A stretch of DNA of 63,375 nt, counting the filler, from Stramenopiles sp. TOSAG23-6 (lineage: Eukaryota): NCBI GenBank assembly GCA_900128565.1. It is 10 parts of 10 records of this genome, joined end to end, with 100 filler letters (N's around TTAATTAATTAA, not from the genome) between each part and the next. Parts side by side here need not be neighbours in the genome. Positions count along the whole stretch, not along the records: positions 1 to 11,136 come from LT636278.1; positions 11,237 to 22,367 come from LT636279.1; 8 more parts are not named here. One strand, written 5' to 3'. A program made the position numbers and the translations under genes. The notes beneath the pieces were generated by a model. The model saw only the letters and a program-made list of their open reading frames with translations. It was not told the origin of the DNA and searched no databases. This document shows positions 1-12,709 of the stretch, piece by piece; the first letter of the stretch is position 1; each line of letters starts with the position of its first letter.

Positions 1-2
1 AA

Positions 3-1352
3 TGTCTTTTAGATCTTGACGAAGATGGAAAAGATGCTTCGAATGATGATGATGACGATGGTGATGGTATATTAGATGATGATGATTTTTATCCACAAGA
101 TCCGTGTAATGGTCAAGGTGTAGTTGGGGACACGACTAGGATTCTACTATATCCTGGCGCCAAGTGCTCGTATTCAAAAGCATTCAATGATAAAGGTGGT
201 ATAGTATCTTCTCTCGATGAATGTGATGAAGCATCTTTAACAAACCCGACATGTGGCCCAGGTGTATATGATGTTCATGTGGATGATACTGCACAGAAAA
301 CTCAAAGATGTTATTGTGTTGCAAAACAAGATCAATGTGTACAAAAGATAGGCTTTAATTATAATGTATATCGATCAATTCCAAAAAATGTAACTTGTTC
401 AGAGGGTGGTAAATGTATATGTGCTAAATGTAAAAATGGTTATACTGGTGATAATTGTCAATGTAGTAGTAATGGTACACTTGAAAGTGATGGAAAATGT
501 AAGTGCAAAGATGGATTCTACGGGAACGACTGTAGTAAAACGTGTCTTTCTATTCCTGGTTGCAAAGCTGGAAAAGTAACATGCTCTCAACACGGCAATT
601 CAAAATGTTCTGAATGTAATAGCAACAGTTTGGCTGGAGAACAATGTCTTCCAGACTTTGATGAATGATAAAGATACACATCCTCTAGATCCTTGTAATG
701 GTCATGGTGTAATTGAAGATTTTACTAGAACTGTACTATACCCAAACACATATTGCTCTAATGGTATTCCACTTCAAAAGGATACGGTTTTTGATGATCA
801 AAAAAAATGTGATGAGTTATCTTTGTCAAACTCGAAATGTGATGGAACAGGCGTAACTGATGTTACTGTTGTCAATGGTAAATTTGATTGTCGCTGTCTT
901 CCAATTCCATCGAAAGAGACACTTGAAGAAGAATTAGGTCGGAGATTAAAAGAAGACAAGAAATGGAACCAATGCGAGGGTTCTGAAGATTCTACCTATA
1001 ATGTGTATTTATCAATTCCAACGAATATAACTTGTTCAGGAAATGGTCGGTGTACATGTGCTAAATGTGAAAATGGTTATACTGGTGATAATTGTCAATA
1101 TCATGGTGATAGTCACTGTAGTAGTCAGGGTACAGTTGATCGTGATGGAAACTGTACATGTTATGATGGATTTTATGGCACTGACTGCAGTAAAGCATGT
1201 ACTCATGTTCCTGGTTGTCTGGATACAAAAACAACATGTACGAATCAAAATGATCAAAAATGTACTGAATGTAATCACACCAGTTTAATTGGAGAACAAT
1301 GTCTTTTAGATCTTGACGAAGATGGAAAAGATGCTTCGAATGATGATGATGA
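3..1352 (+). CDS. Upstream repeat units of the giant Cys-rich EGF/TSP3-like surface protein (partial; frameshift near 665)
   Basis: Frame open from 3 to TGA at 666-668, then continues in ORF 658..1473. Each unit is CLxDxDEDGKDASNDDDD..DPCNGxG plus EGF-like CxCxxGYxGDNC, the same unit that begins ORF 1313..7483. Confidence 0.7.
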
Positions 1353-1455
1353 NNNNNNNNNNNNNNNNNNNNNNNNNNNNNNNNNNNNNNNNNNNNNNNN
1401 NNNNNNNNNNNNNNNNNNNNNNNNNNNNNNNNNNNNNNNNNNNNNNNNNNNNNNA

Positions 1456-4400
1456 ATGTCTTTTAGATCTTGACGAAGATGGAAAAGATGCTTCGAATGA
1501 TGATGATGATGATGGTGATGGTATATTAGATGTTGATGATGCACATCCCCTAGATCCTTGTAATGGCCAAGGTGTAATTGGAGATATCCAAAAAGTATTA
1601 TTGTATGAAAATTACTTTTGTCAAAATAGCCAACCTCTCGAAGGCGGTCACGGTTTTGTTAGTTCAAAAGATGAATGTAACTCATTAGCTCTATCACTTC
1701 AAAGTTGTGATGGTAGTGGTGTTTTTTATGTAAAGAAAAACAAAGCGCAATGTAAGTGTGTAAGCAAATCAAGTCAGAAAGAGTGTAAGAAAACAAAGAA
1801 TAATGGATACGATGTATATCGTTCCATTTCAAAAAATATTACATGTGCAAATTCAAAGTGTACATGTGCTGCATGCCAAAATGGGTTTATGGGTGATAAT
1901 TGTCAATATCATAGCAGTATTCACTGTAGTGATAATGGTACAGTTGATAAATATGGAAACTGTACATGTAAAGATGGATTCTATGGTACGAACTGTGTTA
2001 AAGCATGTACTGTTATTGATAATTGCATTGGAAAAACAACATGTACGAATGCAAATGATCAAAGATGTAGTGAATGCAAAGCTGGTTTTAAGAAGAACAA
2101 CTTCTATGGAACATGTGTACAATGCCCTCAAATTACCGGTTGCAAAGCTGGTCAATCAACATGTGACGATGATTTGGGTAAGTGTACTGGGAATGACAGT
2201 CGTTGTGGTCACTTTGGAGGTCGGAATTCAAACCCAATGACAAAGGCGACATGCTTGGGGTGCATCGGTGGATGTGACTGCCGATGGGGTTTACAGAGCG
2301 TTGGTACAAAATGTCTGGAATGTTCTGATCCTAATATGAGTGGTGATCGTTGTGATACTTGCCCTACTGGTTACTTTAAAGATGGCACGAAATGTATACA
2401 ATGTACTACTATTCCTGGTTGTAAAGATGGTAAAACAACATGCAAGAATGCAAACGATCAAACATGTACCGAATGTAGTGATCCAAAGATGGTTAATGAT
2501 CAATGTGATAGGTGTCTTTCAGGGTATCAATACGATGTATTAGATGAAAACGCTCGCATAAGAAAGAATTCTCAAGGGCCAGGTTGGGGTGGTCATTACT
2601 ACAAAGAAGGTACTTCATGCAAGTCTTGTGCTGCTATATCCGACTGTTCAAGTTCATCATGTACAAGTTCAACTGACGCTACGTGTGAAATATGTAAAGG
2701 ATCGTATAAAAAAGTAGGAAATTCTTGTGCTCCATGGACTGGTGATATGTGTGAACCGTCTATGCAAGATACCTATAAAGTATTTGGTGATGCAATATGT
2801 GGTGATAAAATTACAGAATTGACAGTTCATTGCCAAGATGTCAGTCATGACAATTCCAATACAGATTGTAAAAGAGGTAATGACTTGAATGAACGTTGTC
2901 GCAAAATCTGTGATGCTACTCCTGATTGTTGGGTTTTCAGCGTGGGTAGTTATAAACACCATAATTATTGTTACTTTTGTAAAGCACCCTATGCAGACAT
3001 TGAAGAAAGAGTTGCTGCTAGTCATAATTATTTTGCAGAATGTGATAATAACGATAACACTGCATTGAAATCAAATGGAAACTGGCGATGTTTGCACCCA
3101 AGTAATAATCCATGGTCATATGACTCTGGTTACACTTCATGGGCAAAGAAAAAATGGCCTTCGGAGATTAATGTTCAGACAGGTAAAGTTCCATGTTGCA
3201 AATCAGGTTCTTTTGAAAAAGACAACGGATGTACAGCATGTGTTCCTATTACTGGATGTAGTCAAATTGAATGTACAAATGAGAATGATCATAAATGCAC
3301 TTCTTGTGATAAAGGATATCATTTATTAAACAGCGGAATATGTAAAAAAGATAATGATAATGATGGACTTCATGATGAAGTTGATCATGATGATGACAAT
3401 GATGGTGTAACTGATGCAGACGAGGATCAATCGGCTACTGGTGGTGTATGTAGCGGTAATGGTATATGCGATGATGGTGTAAATGGTAACGGTACCTGCA
3501 AATGTTCTACTGGTCATAAAGGAACACTTTGTGATACATGTAATAATGGATTTTACAAAGATACAAATAAATGTCATGCATGTACTGCTATTCCAGGTTG
3601 TAAAGATGGTAAAACATATTGTACAAATTCGGAAAATCAAATGTGTTCCGATTGCAGTAGTGGGCTGACAAGGTCTAGATCAACTCCAATTTGTGAAACT
3701 GCATGTGCAAATACACGTGACAACAAAAAAGGTAATAACAAGTGCAGAGCCCAGTTGGGTAATGCGGGAGGTGGAAACCCTCATTGCCAATGGTACGCTG
3801 GTCAAAATAAAAACAAAATGGGTTATAAAGGAGAATGTGACTCTGATTGTGGTTTATGTACATGTTCTACAGCCAAAGGAACAAAAAAAGGACACTGTAG
3901 TGGACATGGTGAATGTAAAACTTCCCCGTGTAAAAAATTTTGGTGTCCTGATGCTCGTTGTGAGTGTAATGTTGGTTTTGGTGGCGTAAAATGCGAGTCT
4001 TGTGATGTAGGCTATTCTGGTAATAAATGTGACGTTTGTATCATGGGTTATTATAAAAAACAAGACGGCTCATGTTCAAAGTGTCAAGCAATTAACAATT
4101 GTACTCCAGGAATGGAAGTATGTACTACTGACAATGATTCAAAGTGTACTCAATGTCTTAAGGGTTATATTAATGACACATGTGATAAAGATCTGGATGA
4201 TGATGGTGTAACTGATGTAGATGAGGATCAAAATGGAACTGATCCAAATAAACCTGATACTTCTGGAGATGGTAAATGTGATGGCACTTTAAGTGTAAAG
4301 GTGGACGGGAAATACGTCTGTTGTAAAGCAGGTGAATTCGGATCTGATTGTCAAAAATGTCCAAGTATGACGTCTTTTGCATGTAGCGGGAATGGTGTAT

Positions 4401-7400
4401 GTGATGATGGTGTGAACGGTAACGGCACCTGTAAATGTTCTACTGGATTTGCCGGTGAATTATGTCAAAAAGATAATGATAATGATGGACTTCATGATGA
4501 AAAAGATCATGATGATGACAATGATGGTGTAGATGATGTAGACGAGAATAAAAATGGAACTGATCCACACAAACCTGATACTTCTGGAGATGGTAAATGT
4601 GATGGTACTGTAAGTGTAAAGGTGGAAGGGAAATACGTTTGTTGTGCAGCAGGTGAATTCGGATCTGATTGTCAAAAATGTCCTAGTATGACGTCTTTAC
4701 CATGTAGCAGTAGCGGTGTCTGTGATGATGGTTTGAAAGGTAAAGGTACATGTACATGTTCTACTGGATTTGCCGGTGAATTGTGTCAAAAAGACAGTGA
4801 TAATGATGGACTTCATGATGAAAAAGATCATGATGATGACAATGATGGTGTAGATGATGTAGACGAGAATAAAAATGGAACTGATCCACACAAACCTGAT
4901 ACTTCTGGAGATGGTAAATGTGATGGTACTGTAAGTGTAAAGGTGGATGGGAAATACGTTTGTTGTGCAGCAGGTGAATTTGGATCTGATTGTCAAAAAT
5001 GTCCAAGTATGACGTCTTCGCCATGTAGCGGTAATGGTGTCTGTGATGATGGTTTGGGTGGTAACGGTACCTGCCAATGTGTAGAAGGATCATCAGGTTC
5101 ATCGTGTGAATACCACAAACATGTTGATTGTTCTTCACATGGTAGTGTTTTTTCCAATGGAAGTTGTAGTTGTTTTGCAGGTTTCATTGGTGCAAAGTGT
5201 GACGGGGTTGTTTTTGTTGAAGGACAAGACATTGGTGCACCTATATCTTTCACTCCTAAATTACTTGATGTAATGTCTGACACTGAGAAGCTGAGTATGA
5301 TATGGACAATTAAACCAAGTCTTCCAGATGGTTTGTCACTAAATCCTACAACTGGCGTTATTCAAGGAACTCCAACATTTCCAACAGTAAGTACGCTTTC
5401 ATTTGTAGTTTCCTACGGAATTTCTCCAAATGAAGTTGCTGGTGTCGTGAATGGTGAGAAATACGAACAATCTTTTGTGTTTAAAATGGACGTACTCCCA
5501 GACACAGATAAGGATGGTTTTCCTGATTATAACGGACCGGGTCAGGCTTCAGAAGGAGGCAAAGGTAAATGTCGTGCTACAGATGCCACTTCTAAGTGTG
5601 ATACTTCTTGTCATGGAACTTACAAATTTTGTAATAAATGCTCTGATGATACAACGAACTGTGAATGGTATCCAGATCAGGATGGTGATGGTATAAGCGA
5701 TTGGGATGAATACATAGATGGAACATTAGGTCTCCGGGAATATCTCGCTGATGAAGATGATGATAATGATGGTATACTTGACAAGGATGAAATGACCGAT
5801 GATGAAATTTCAGTGCCTCAAAACAAAGGGACAAATTCAAAGAAAGCAGATACTGATAATGACGGTATTTGTGATGGAGCCAAGGCGGTACAAGGTGTTT
5901 GTACTGTTGGTCCTGACGCAGATCCATTGGATAGCAATGTCTCCTGTAAAAATGGAAGCTTTGGAAAAGATTGTACTGGTCAGTGCCCAGGAACTAACTC
6001 AACTGCAAAGGGTACATGTGACAGTATTGTCATTGTGAAAGGTAAGGTAATGGAAACAGTTCGATTCCCTGCGTATATGACAGAAGCATTGCTTGGAGAT
6101 GTGAAATGGCAATCGTCTACTCCTGAGGAATGGGCTAATGTTGGATTAACTTTTGCCTTGACTGATAATCATGCAAAAACTCCGGAAGAATCACCTTTAG
6201 GTAAAAAGTACTACACGGTTGAGAGTGGTTGTGGTGATTGTCCAGCAGGAAGAGAACGTGTATTGGAAGCAAACGAATGTTCTAGTAAAATTAGTAATTT
6301 CACAGAGTATACTATGTCTAATACTCCTCAATCCACAGAAGGAAGCAAAGAAGAATTCACATTGGCGACGGAAAAATCACTTGCTGGTAAAGCCCCAAGA
6401 GGATGCATTATCAACAAGCTCGGCAATGTATTCTTCAACACTGAAATGGATGTGCATAAACAGCCCATTGGACAAGAATGTAAATACTTAAGATTTTTTT
6501 GCAAACCAACAGAAACCAAGTCTCTCTCTATTACAGGTACTCCAAAAATAGTAAGTGAAGTAACTTACAAATGGACAGCGTTGCAAACACCAACGCAACT
6601 GAATAATGGAGAAATCCTTGAAAACGGAAATGAACGCCGTTTGACTGCCCCTGCTGAAGTTACTTTAAAAATTACTGTACTTGAGGATACGGATGGTGAT
6701 GGTTTGCCTGATGATTTACCCGAAGGTTACGAAGGAAATTTGGTCGCTGATGATGATGATGATGATGATTCTGTAACTGACGTAGATGAGCTAGCTGCTG
6801 ATCCAAAAACAGATCCTAAAAATCCAGATTCTGATGGTAATCGAGTTTGTGACGGTGGTAAGGTTGTAATCCCTGGTAAATGTGGTAGATTATGCCCTTC
6901 TGGCCAAGGACAAGATAAAATTACAAATGCATGTGTCGATTGCTTTAGGCCTTTTTATTCGCATTCTCTTTCTGGTGAACCGTGCTTTAACGCCGAGGAA
7001 AATGATGCTGCACAATGGTTGACAGCATCTACTGTAGGATGTGCCGAAGGTTACTCTGGTACCCCAACCTATGATGATACAACTGGTTCATACAAGGAAG
7101 GTTGCGTAAAAGAAAATAATGAAACAATTATTGCTCCACCTGAAAATCGAGAACCTAACACCCCGAATGTGATACAAGAGGAACAAAAAGAAAAAACTGA
7201 TATGAAAAAAGATGATGAGGATGGTGGCTTAGCTTTATGGCTTTGGATTCTTATTGCTCTTTTATTATTGTGTTGCTTATGTTGCTTATGTTTTCTATGC
7301 GCAAAATGCAGGAAAAATAATGATAAACATGTTTTGGCAGACAACGATGATATTATATTAACTGTTGGACCCCAGGGAAATTATTTGGGTGGTGAGGGTA

Positions 7401-7483
7401 ATCGTGGGGATGTTTTGCTTAATATTAGTCAAGAGAAACCAATCACAACAGTAACTAGAGCAAATGCATCTGCTGCATTGTAA
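1456..7483 (+). CDS. Giant type I membrane/surface protein with EGF/laminin-EGF and furin-like Cys repeats, DxDxDG (TSP3-like) Ca-binding repeats, putative Ig (He_PIG-like) domains and a C-terminal TM helix
   Basis: Intronless ORF of about 2000 aa with CSGNGVCDDG EGF motifs, DNDNDGLHD repeats, LPDGLSLNPTTGVIQGTP, and hydrophobic LWLWILIALLLLCCLCC near the C-terminus. Confidence 0.85.
4202..5080 (+). repeat. Near-identical intragenic tandem repeat, 321-nt period, about 2.7 copies
   Basis: GATGGTGTA..AATGGAACTGATCC recurs at 4202, 4523 and 4844. Confidence 0.9.
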
Positions 7484-7568
7484 TTTTCTTTATTATTATA
7501 AAATATGTATATAAAATACTATGTGTATGATTTTTATTTTATTTTTTGTTTCTTCAAACAGTCTACTA

Positions 7569-9056
7569 TTACATTTCAATGACTCTTAGTAAACGGTGAG
7601 AGAGTAGGTCTATAACTCCAACGTCTGTTTCTATTTTGTTTTTCAAATCTACAAAAGTTCCATGTGGTTTAGTTTCGATAGCATCTTCAATAGCCTTCAA
7701 TGCCTCAATAGAATTATTATTTTTATGATGCAAATTTGCAATAAAATAGTAAAGTAATGCTATTCTGCGAATCACCGATTCTTCCGTTTTTGGATCGTTT
7801 TGTTCCCTCATCTCAAGTCGTGCCACTTTTTGATGATGTAAACATTCCTCTAAAGAAAACTTCACACTCAGATACGCTTTCTTTGGATCCGTTTCTGTAT
7901 GACCAGACATATACCCTTCAAATATTTTTCTCACCTTTTGAAACGCATTTCTAGAGGAGCCCACAGTTTTATATGCATCAGCCATGGATTTTGACATGTG
8001 ATCTGGAGTCCATTCTTTTTTGGACATGTCATTTTCAGAGACGTCTAAAGAGTGTAATGTATCGTCAGCAGTGGACTTCAGCATGTGAGATGGATTCGTA
8101 TCTTTTGTTTTTGCTGCATCCATGGAAGATTTTGGTTCTGAATCAGGTTCTGGTTCGGCTCTATAGACGAAAGTTTTTTTTGAATTTCTTCTCCTTTTGG
8201 AACTCTTGGTTGTTATCGACTCTCCCGCTTTTCTGTCTTGAACTGGGCTTGATGCTGTCGTCGACAAGAAATCATCTCTACGCATTGTTTGATCCTTGGT
8301 TTGATGCATCATCTTGTTAACAGTTGCTTCTTGCTCAAATGTTGCATCTGGGCTTATTTCCGACACTCTATCTCGTCTTGTTGTCGATAAAATGTTGCCT
8401 GGTGTCGTAGGCACCACCTTGTCAGTCAACGACTCTGGAGATCTTTTGGCATCTGTAGGTTTAAACGTTTCTCCTGGGAGGGTTGATACTGGTTTCGTTT
8501 TCAAGGTAGCTACTTTTGGCAAAATAAAACTTTCAGACGTGTTTTGAGAATTCACCTGTTCAAAGGTTTCGCCTAGGGTATTTCCACGTATTGCAACAGT
8601 AGGTACCGCTTCACCAGCTACGTGCTTTTGCTGTTCGTTTGGTTTCTTCTGCTTTTGGTTTACTCTGTCATTTGCACCAGCTTCTTTTATTTCCCCCGTT
8701 TGTTGCACTTCATCATCGACCAACTCCCAGGAATCAATTTTAACGTCATTTTGAAGAGGAGATGGGCACTGGTCATCTTTACCGTACTCAACTATTTCGC
8801 CGCCAAGTTCTTTACACTGATCAACCAATTTATGCGTGTATGGATTGAAGCAGTTTGACATTTCTTTATCATTGTCAAGAATTCTAGTCACCTTGACTGT
8901 ACAGTACGAACACTTTGTATCGAGTCCTGTAAGCCAACTACTGGGTTTTGTACAAGATGTACAATCTTTAAGTTCCCTACATCCTCTTGCTTGTACACAT
9001 GACAGACATAACGCCACCGTCAGTAAATACACACAATATTTTAGAGAAAAATACAT
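7569..9056 (-). CDS. Hypothetical secreted protein (signal peptide, Cys-rich PSI-like N-terminus, low-complexity middle, TPR-like C-terminus)
   Basis: ORF of about 495 aa; hydrophobic N-terminus LLTVALCLSCVQA; CxxCxxxxCxxC cluster. Confidence 0.6.
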   Translation of the reverse strand: MYFSLKYCVYLLTVALCLSCVQARGCRELKDCTSCTKPSSWLTGLDTKCSYCTVKVTRILDNDKEMSNCFNPYTHKLVDQCKELGGEIVEYGKDDQCPSPLQNDVKIDSWELVDDEVQQTGEIKEAGANDRVNQKQKKPNEQQKHVAGEAVPTVAIRGNTLGETFEQVNSQNTSESFILPKVATLKTKPVSTLPGETFKPTDAKRSPESLTDKVVPTTPGNILSTTRRDRVSEISPDATFEQEATVNKMMHQTKDQTMRRDDFLSTTASSPVQDRKAGESITTKSSKRRRNSKKTFVYRAEPEPDSEPKSSMDAAKTKDTNPSHMLKSTADDTLHSLDVSENDMSKKEWTPDHMSKSMADAYKTVGSSRNAFQKVRKIFEGYMSGHTETDPKKAYLSVKFSLEECLHHQKVARLEMREQNDPKTEESVIRRIALLYYFIANLHHKNNNSIEALKAIEDAIETKPHGTFVDLKNKIETDVGVIDLLSHRLLRVIEM

Positions 9057-9384
9057 TCGCAAATACTCTGAATGTGCAATTGTATTGTGTTGTTTGGTAG
9101 ATGCAACCCGTAGGTGTTTGCGCTGAAACTAGTAGCTGTCAGGTACACCGATAATATATTATAACTTATAAGGTATCACACAATGACCAACAAAAATTTA
9201 GTACTAAAAAAGTAGCAATTTGAACTGTAATTTAAATTTACACGAAATGTATGAAGATAGAGCAGGATAGGGCGAACCCTAATATAGGAAACAAGGGCAA
9301 CTTCTGATTGATATGAAAAAGTATGAAATATTAAATGTACTATAATATTTATAGACTAATAATAGTACTAGTAAATTTATATAA

Positions 9385-10119
9385 CTATTGTATCTGCGAT
9401 GCTTTTGCTCTTTCTATAATTTCCAAGGCTTTCTTTAATTTTTTATGTTCTTTTTTCTCTAATTTTTTCTCTAATTTTTTCTCTAATTTTTTCTTCTTTT
9501 TTTTCTCTTTTTTGTTTTTTTTTCTTTCTTTCTTTTCTCGTTTTTGTCTTTTTTTTTGTCGAGGAGATTCTTCATCTGATAAGTTATTATTCATATCAGA
9601 CGCTGAACATTGTACTTTAGATGGTGAAGTCATTGTGGAAATATTCGTACTCAACGTTGATGTCTGAACTTTAGAATCGGCATTTGCTTTTGTGCTGCTG
9701 GACGGATTTTTGCCATCCGTATTTTTCCCAATTTCACTATTTAAAAAATAAAGACTCTGTGAAGTGACTTGGTTTTTCTTACTATTTGCTAAAGCTTCGA
9801 GTGCTGTCCTTTTATCAACTCTTTTATGATCCCATTCGGCACCAACAACAACCTCACCGTCATCACGAAGTCGTTGCTCATTCATTCTAAGCATCGCTTT
9901 TTCTTCTTCTAGCGATGACGCTTCATTCTGCTTTGCCTTTAAATACCACTGATTGTCATGAATGTTGTGAGAACGACCCACCCTAGCTTTGAGTGAGAAA
10001 CCAAGGTAGTTTTGTCTGTGTTTATCTACCTTGACATCATCCCAATTGAAAAGTGCCGCACCACCTCGTGTTCCACCCACTCTATATTTTTGTCTTGCAA
10101 CCCGATTTCGTTTTGACAT
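9385..10119 (-). CDS. MMTAG2/C1orf35-like protein
   Basis: GTRGGAALFNWDDVKVDKHRQNYLGFSL..VGR resembles the MMtag N-terminal motif; Lys-rich tail. Confidence 0.8.
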   Translation of the reverse strand: MSKRNRVARQKYRVGGTRGGAALFNWDDVKVDKHRQNYLGFSLKARVGRSHNIHDNQWYLKAKQNEASSLEEEKAMLRMNEQRLRDDGEVVVGAEWDHKRVDKRTALEALANSKKNQVTSQSLYFLNSEIGKNTDGKNPSSSTKANADSKVQTSTLSTNISTMTSPSKVQCSASDMNNNLSDEESPRQKKRQKREKKERKKNKKEKKKKKKLEKKLEKKLEKKEHKKLKKALEIIERAKASQIQ

Positions 10120-10455
10120 TTTCAAACAGTATCACAAATGTTAAATCTTCCTCGATGAATACTGGCGTACAACAATGATTGATGAATATCCTCAAGTTAA
10201 TTTGAGTAGAGGGTTATTATAGGTTGCGCACTTCTTCAGGTATGTCTGCAAAAAAAGAAGAACGAGAGAGAGAGATTTTGAGATTTTGAGATTTTACGAA
10301 TGGAATTTTTGGGAATTTTTGAATTTTTTTTTGGTTGGCGTTGGGTCAAAAATAATTGTTTTTCTTTAACTCTCCTTCTTTACATCCGATTATTCCAATA
10401 TAATCCATCTGAAGGACAGCGTAAAAGTCATTATATTGAATTTCCATTTATATCA

Positions 10456-11136
10456 ATGTTAGGTGCCTTTGCAAGAAGGCAAATTTATTTGAGTGTTCGA
10501 CATGTCAGGTACTTTTCTTCTCCTAGTGTTGTAGTAGTTGGTGCATCTGTTATGGATTTGATTACGTATGTACCAAGACTCCCACAACTTGGTGAGACCT
10601 TACATGGTTATAGTTTTGAATCTGGTTTCGGTGGCAAGGGCGCAAATCAAGCAGTATCTGCAGCTCGACTTGGGTCATCTGTGGGACTTGTGTCAAGTGT
10701 TGGTGATGATGTGTATGGAAAAATGACAATAGACAATTTTCATGACCAAAATGTCAACGTAGACAATGTTGCTCTTATCCAAGGTAGTATGACCGGTGTG
10801 GCACCAATAAGTGTCGATAAAAATGGCAATAATTCTGTTGTTGTTATACTTGGTGCAAATTCGTCAATTACAAAAGAGTCAGTCAATACAGCAGAAAAGA
10901 TGATTTCAAAAGCAAATATTTTACTTGTACAACTTGAAATTGAAAATGAAGTTACAAACAAGGCTTTACAACTTGCCAAACAATATGTATGTTTTATTTT
11001 TTTTTTGTTTTCGAAAAAAAAAAAATCGAATTTATTTTTTCATACGAAATTTTGTACCTAACATTTTTTTTTTTCTGAAATATTTTTCCAAAATTCATGG
11101 AATTCTATCTATACTCAATACAGCTCCAGCCCAAAT
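10456..11136 (+). CDS. RBKS: Ribokinase, PfkB family (3' partial; intron 10987-11098)
   Basis: GGKGANQAVSAARLG, VGDDVYG, TGVAPI, LVQLEI; the splice gives LAKQY-GILSILNTAPA. Confidence 0.92.
10987..11098 (+). mobile_element. Introner-like GT-AT intron
   Basis: GTATGT..CATACGAAATTTTGTACCTAAC..AATTCAT; contains no AG; removal restores the ribokinase frame. Confidence 0.85.
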
Positions 11137-11180
11137 NNNNNNNNNNNNNNNNNNNNNNNNNNNNNNNNNNNNNNNNNNNN

Positions 11181-11192
11181 TTAATTAATTAA
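11181..11192. other. Artificial contig spacer N..TTAATTAATTAA..N (also about 22412, 33617, 44819, 56011, 57494, 58976, 60458, 61939)
   Basis: Identical six-frame-stop 12-mer inside N runs; genes are truncated on either side. Confidence 0.95.
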
Positions 11193-11291
11193 NNNNNNNN
11201 NNNNNNNNNNNNNNNNNNNNNNNNNNNNNNNNNNNNAGGTACAAAATTTCGTATGAAAAAAAAATCGAATTTGAAAAAAAATAAAACATAC

Positions 11292-12398
11292 ATATTTCTC
11301 AGATTCTATTTGTTGCTGTGTAATTTCAGATCTAAGTTTCGAAGATGTATTGCTGTTATCATTAGCTGATGCTAATGCAGAGTCAACTTTTTTACACATT
11401 TCTGCAATGACTTCATTATGACTTTTTTCGATATTTTCACGATACTTTAAAAAAAAAAAATATTTCAAAAATTTGAAATTTAAAATCGTTAGGTACAAAA
11501 TTTCGTACTAAAAAACAAATTGAAATTAATGATGAAAACAAACCTGGTATAGTCTTTGATTATACATTTGAGTCATGTCGGTGAATTCTTTACCTTGCGA
11601 AGTCTTCATTGCACATGATTTTTCTTCTAACAACTGAATTTCCTTTTGATATCGTGTCTTTTGGTAGTGAATTTCAAATTTATGTTTTTCTTCTTTTTTT
11701 CGGGAAGTCTTTGACCAAAGCAGCTCAGCTTCCGTATGATTTTTGCATGATCTCCGATGCTGATCGCGTAAGGCTTCTAATGTTATTTCAAGATCAATTA
11801 TTGGTGAACTATGGGAACCACTCGTTTGTAATCTGTGTACTGAATTCACATTATTCAGATTTTCTTTACCAGTGGCATCTGAGTGATAAATACTTTTGAC
11901 AAATTTAGGATTTTCTATTCTTGAAGAAGATACAACCAGAGGCATATTCATTTCACTTGTATGCCCAAGAGAACTTGCATTAGTGGAATTTTTGATACAA
12001 GTTCCTGTGAAAGCAGGCAAAATAAATTTAGGTGGGAGCATAGGAACAGGAACGGAGTGTACCTTGGAACTATTACTTATGTTATTTCGAATATTTGTGT
12101 CACTCTGAATATATTGGGAATTCTCCATACCTTGGAAATCGTCTTTGCTAGCAATCTTATGATTCCTTTGGTCTCCAATTCTTTCTAATTCGTTTTTATG
12201 CGATTTTAATACCTTCGTTCTCATACGAGATTCACGTAGCTTATTTTGCATCGATGTCAGTAGCGACGACGTTTCAACAAGTCTACGCTCAATAGAAGAC
12301 GAAGCAGTCGAATTCAGTGTTTGATTCACGCTTCTCATTGCCGAATCATCCTCGCATAGTGGTACATTCCCCATCAGCATTCTTGATGGGGAAGCCAT
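11292..12398 (-). CDS. Hypothetical coiled-coil protein (3' partial; family introns about 11442/11445-11543 and from 11291)
   Basis: ORF 11526..12398 joins in frame to RENIEKSH..ESEKY. Confidence 0.6.
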
Positions 12399-12709
12399 TG
12401 GAGGAGTTTGTTACTTGCTTTTATTTGCTGCTATATTCCTTGTTTTGTTTTTTTGTGAACAAAGAAAAATTTCAACGTGAAAAAAATTCAGATTCAAAAA
12501 GCCGGGTTTAGTTAGCTAGGGTTAGGGCTCGGCGTTTTTTTCTCCTTTCGGAGCTTATGTGAAACGGTTATTTAACGCTTTGGGTGGAACGTCCCTCTGG
12601 TAGCTAAGATAGTTGTGGGAAGATAGACTCTACATTTTTATTCTTCTTGATAGTGAGGTGGAGTTAGCAGGATCATTATTCCTCCTCCATTTCATTTGCA
12701 CTCTCCATA

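Noticed and set aside
399-7344. Numerous antisense and alternate-frame ORFs over long genes
   Set aside because: They are shadows of repetitive, codon-biased coding sequence with no independent motifs.
11137-11237. TTAATTAATTAA palindrome as a biological site, and gene neighbourhoods across it
   Set aside because: It is identical within N runs nine times and is an artificial six-frame stop linker.
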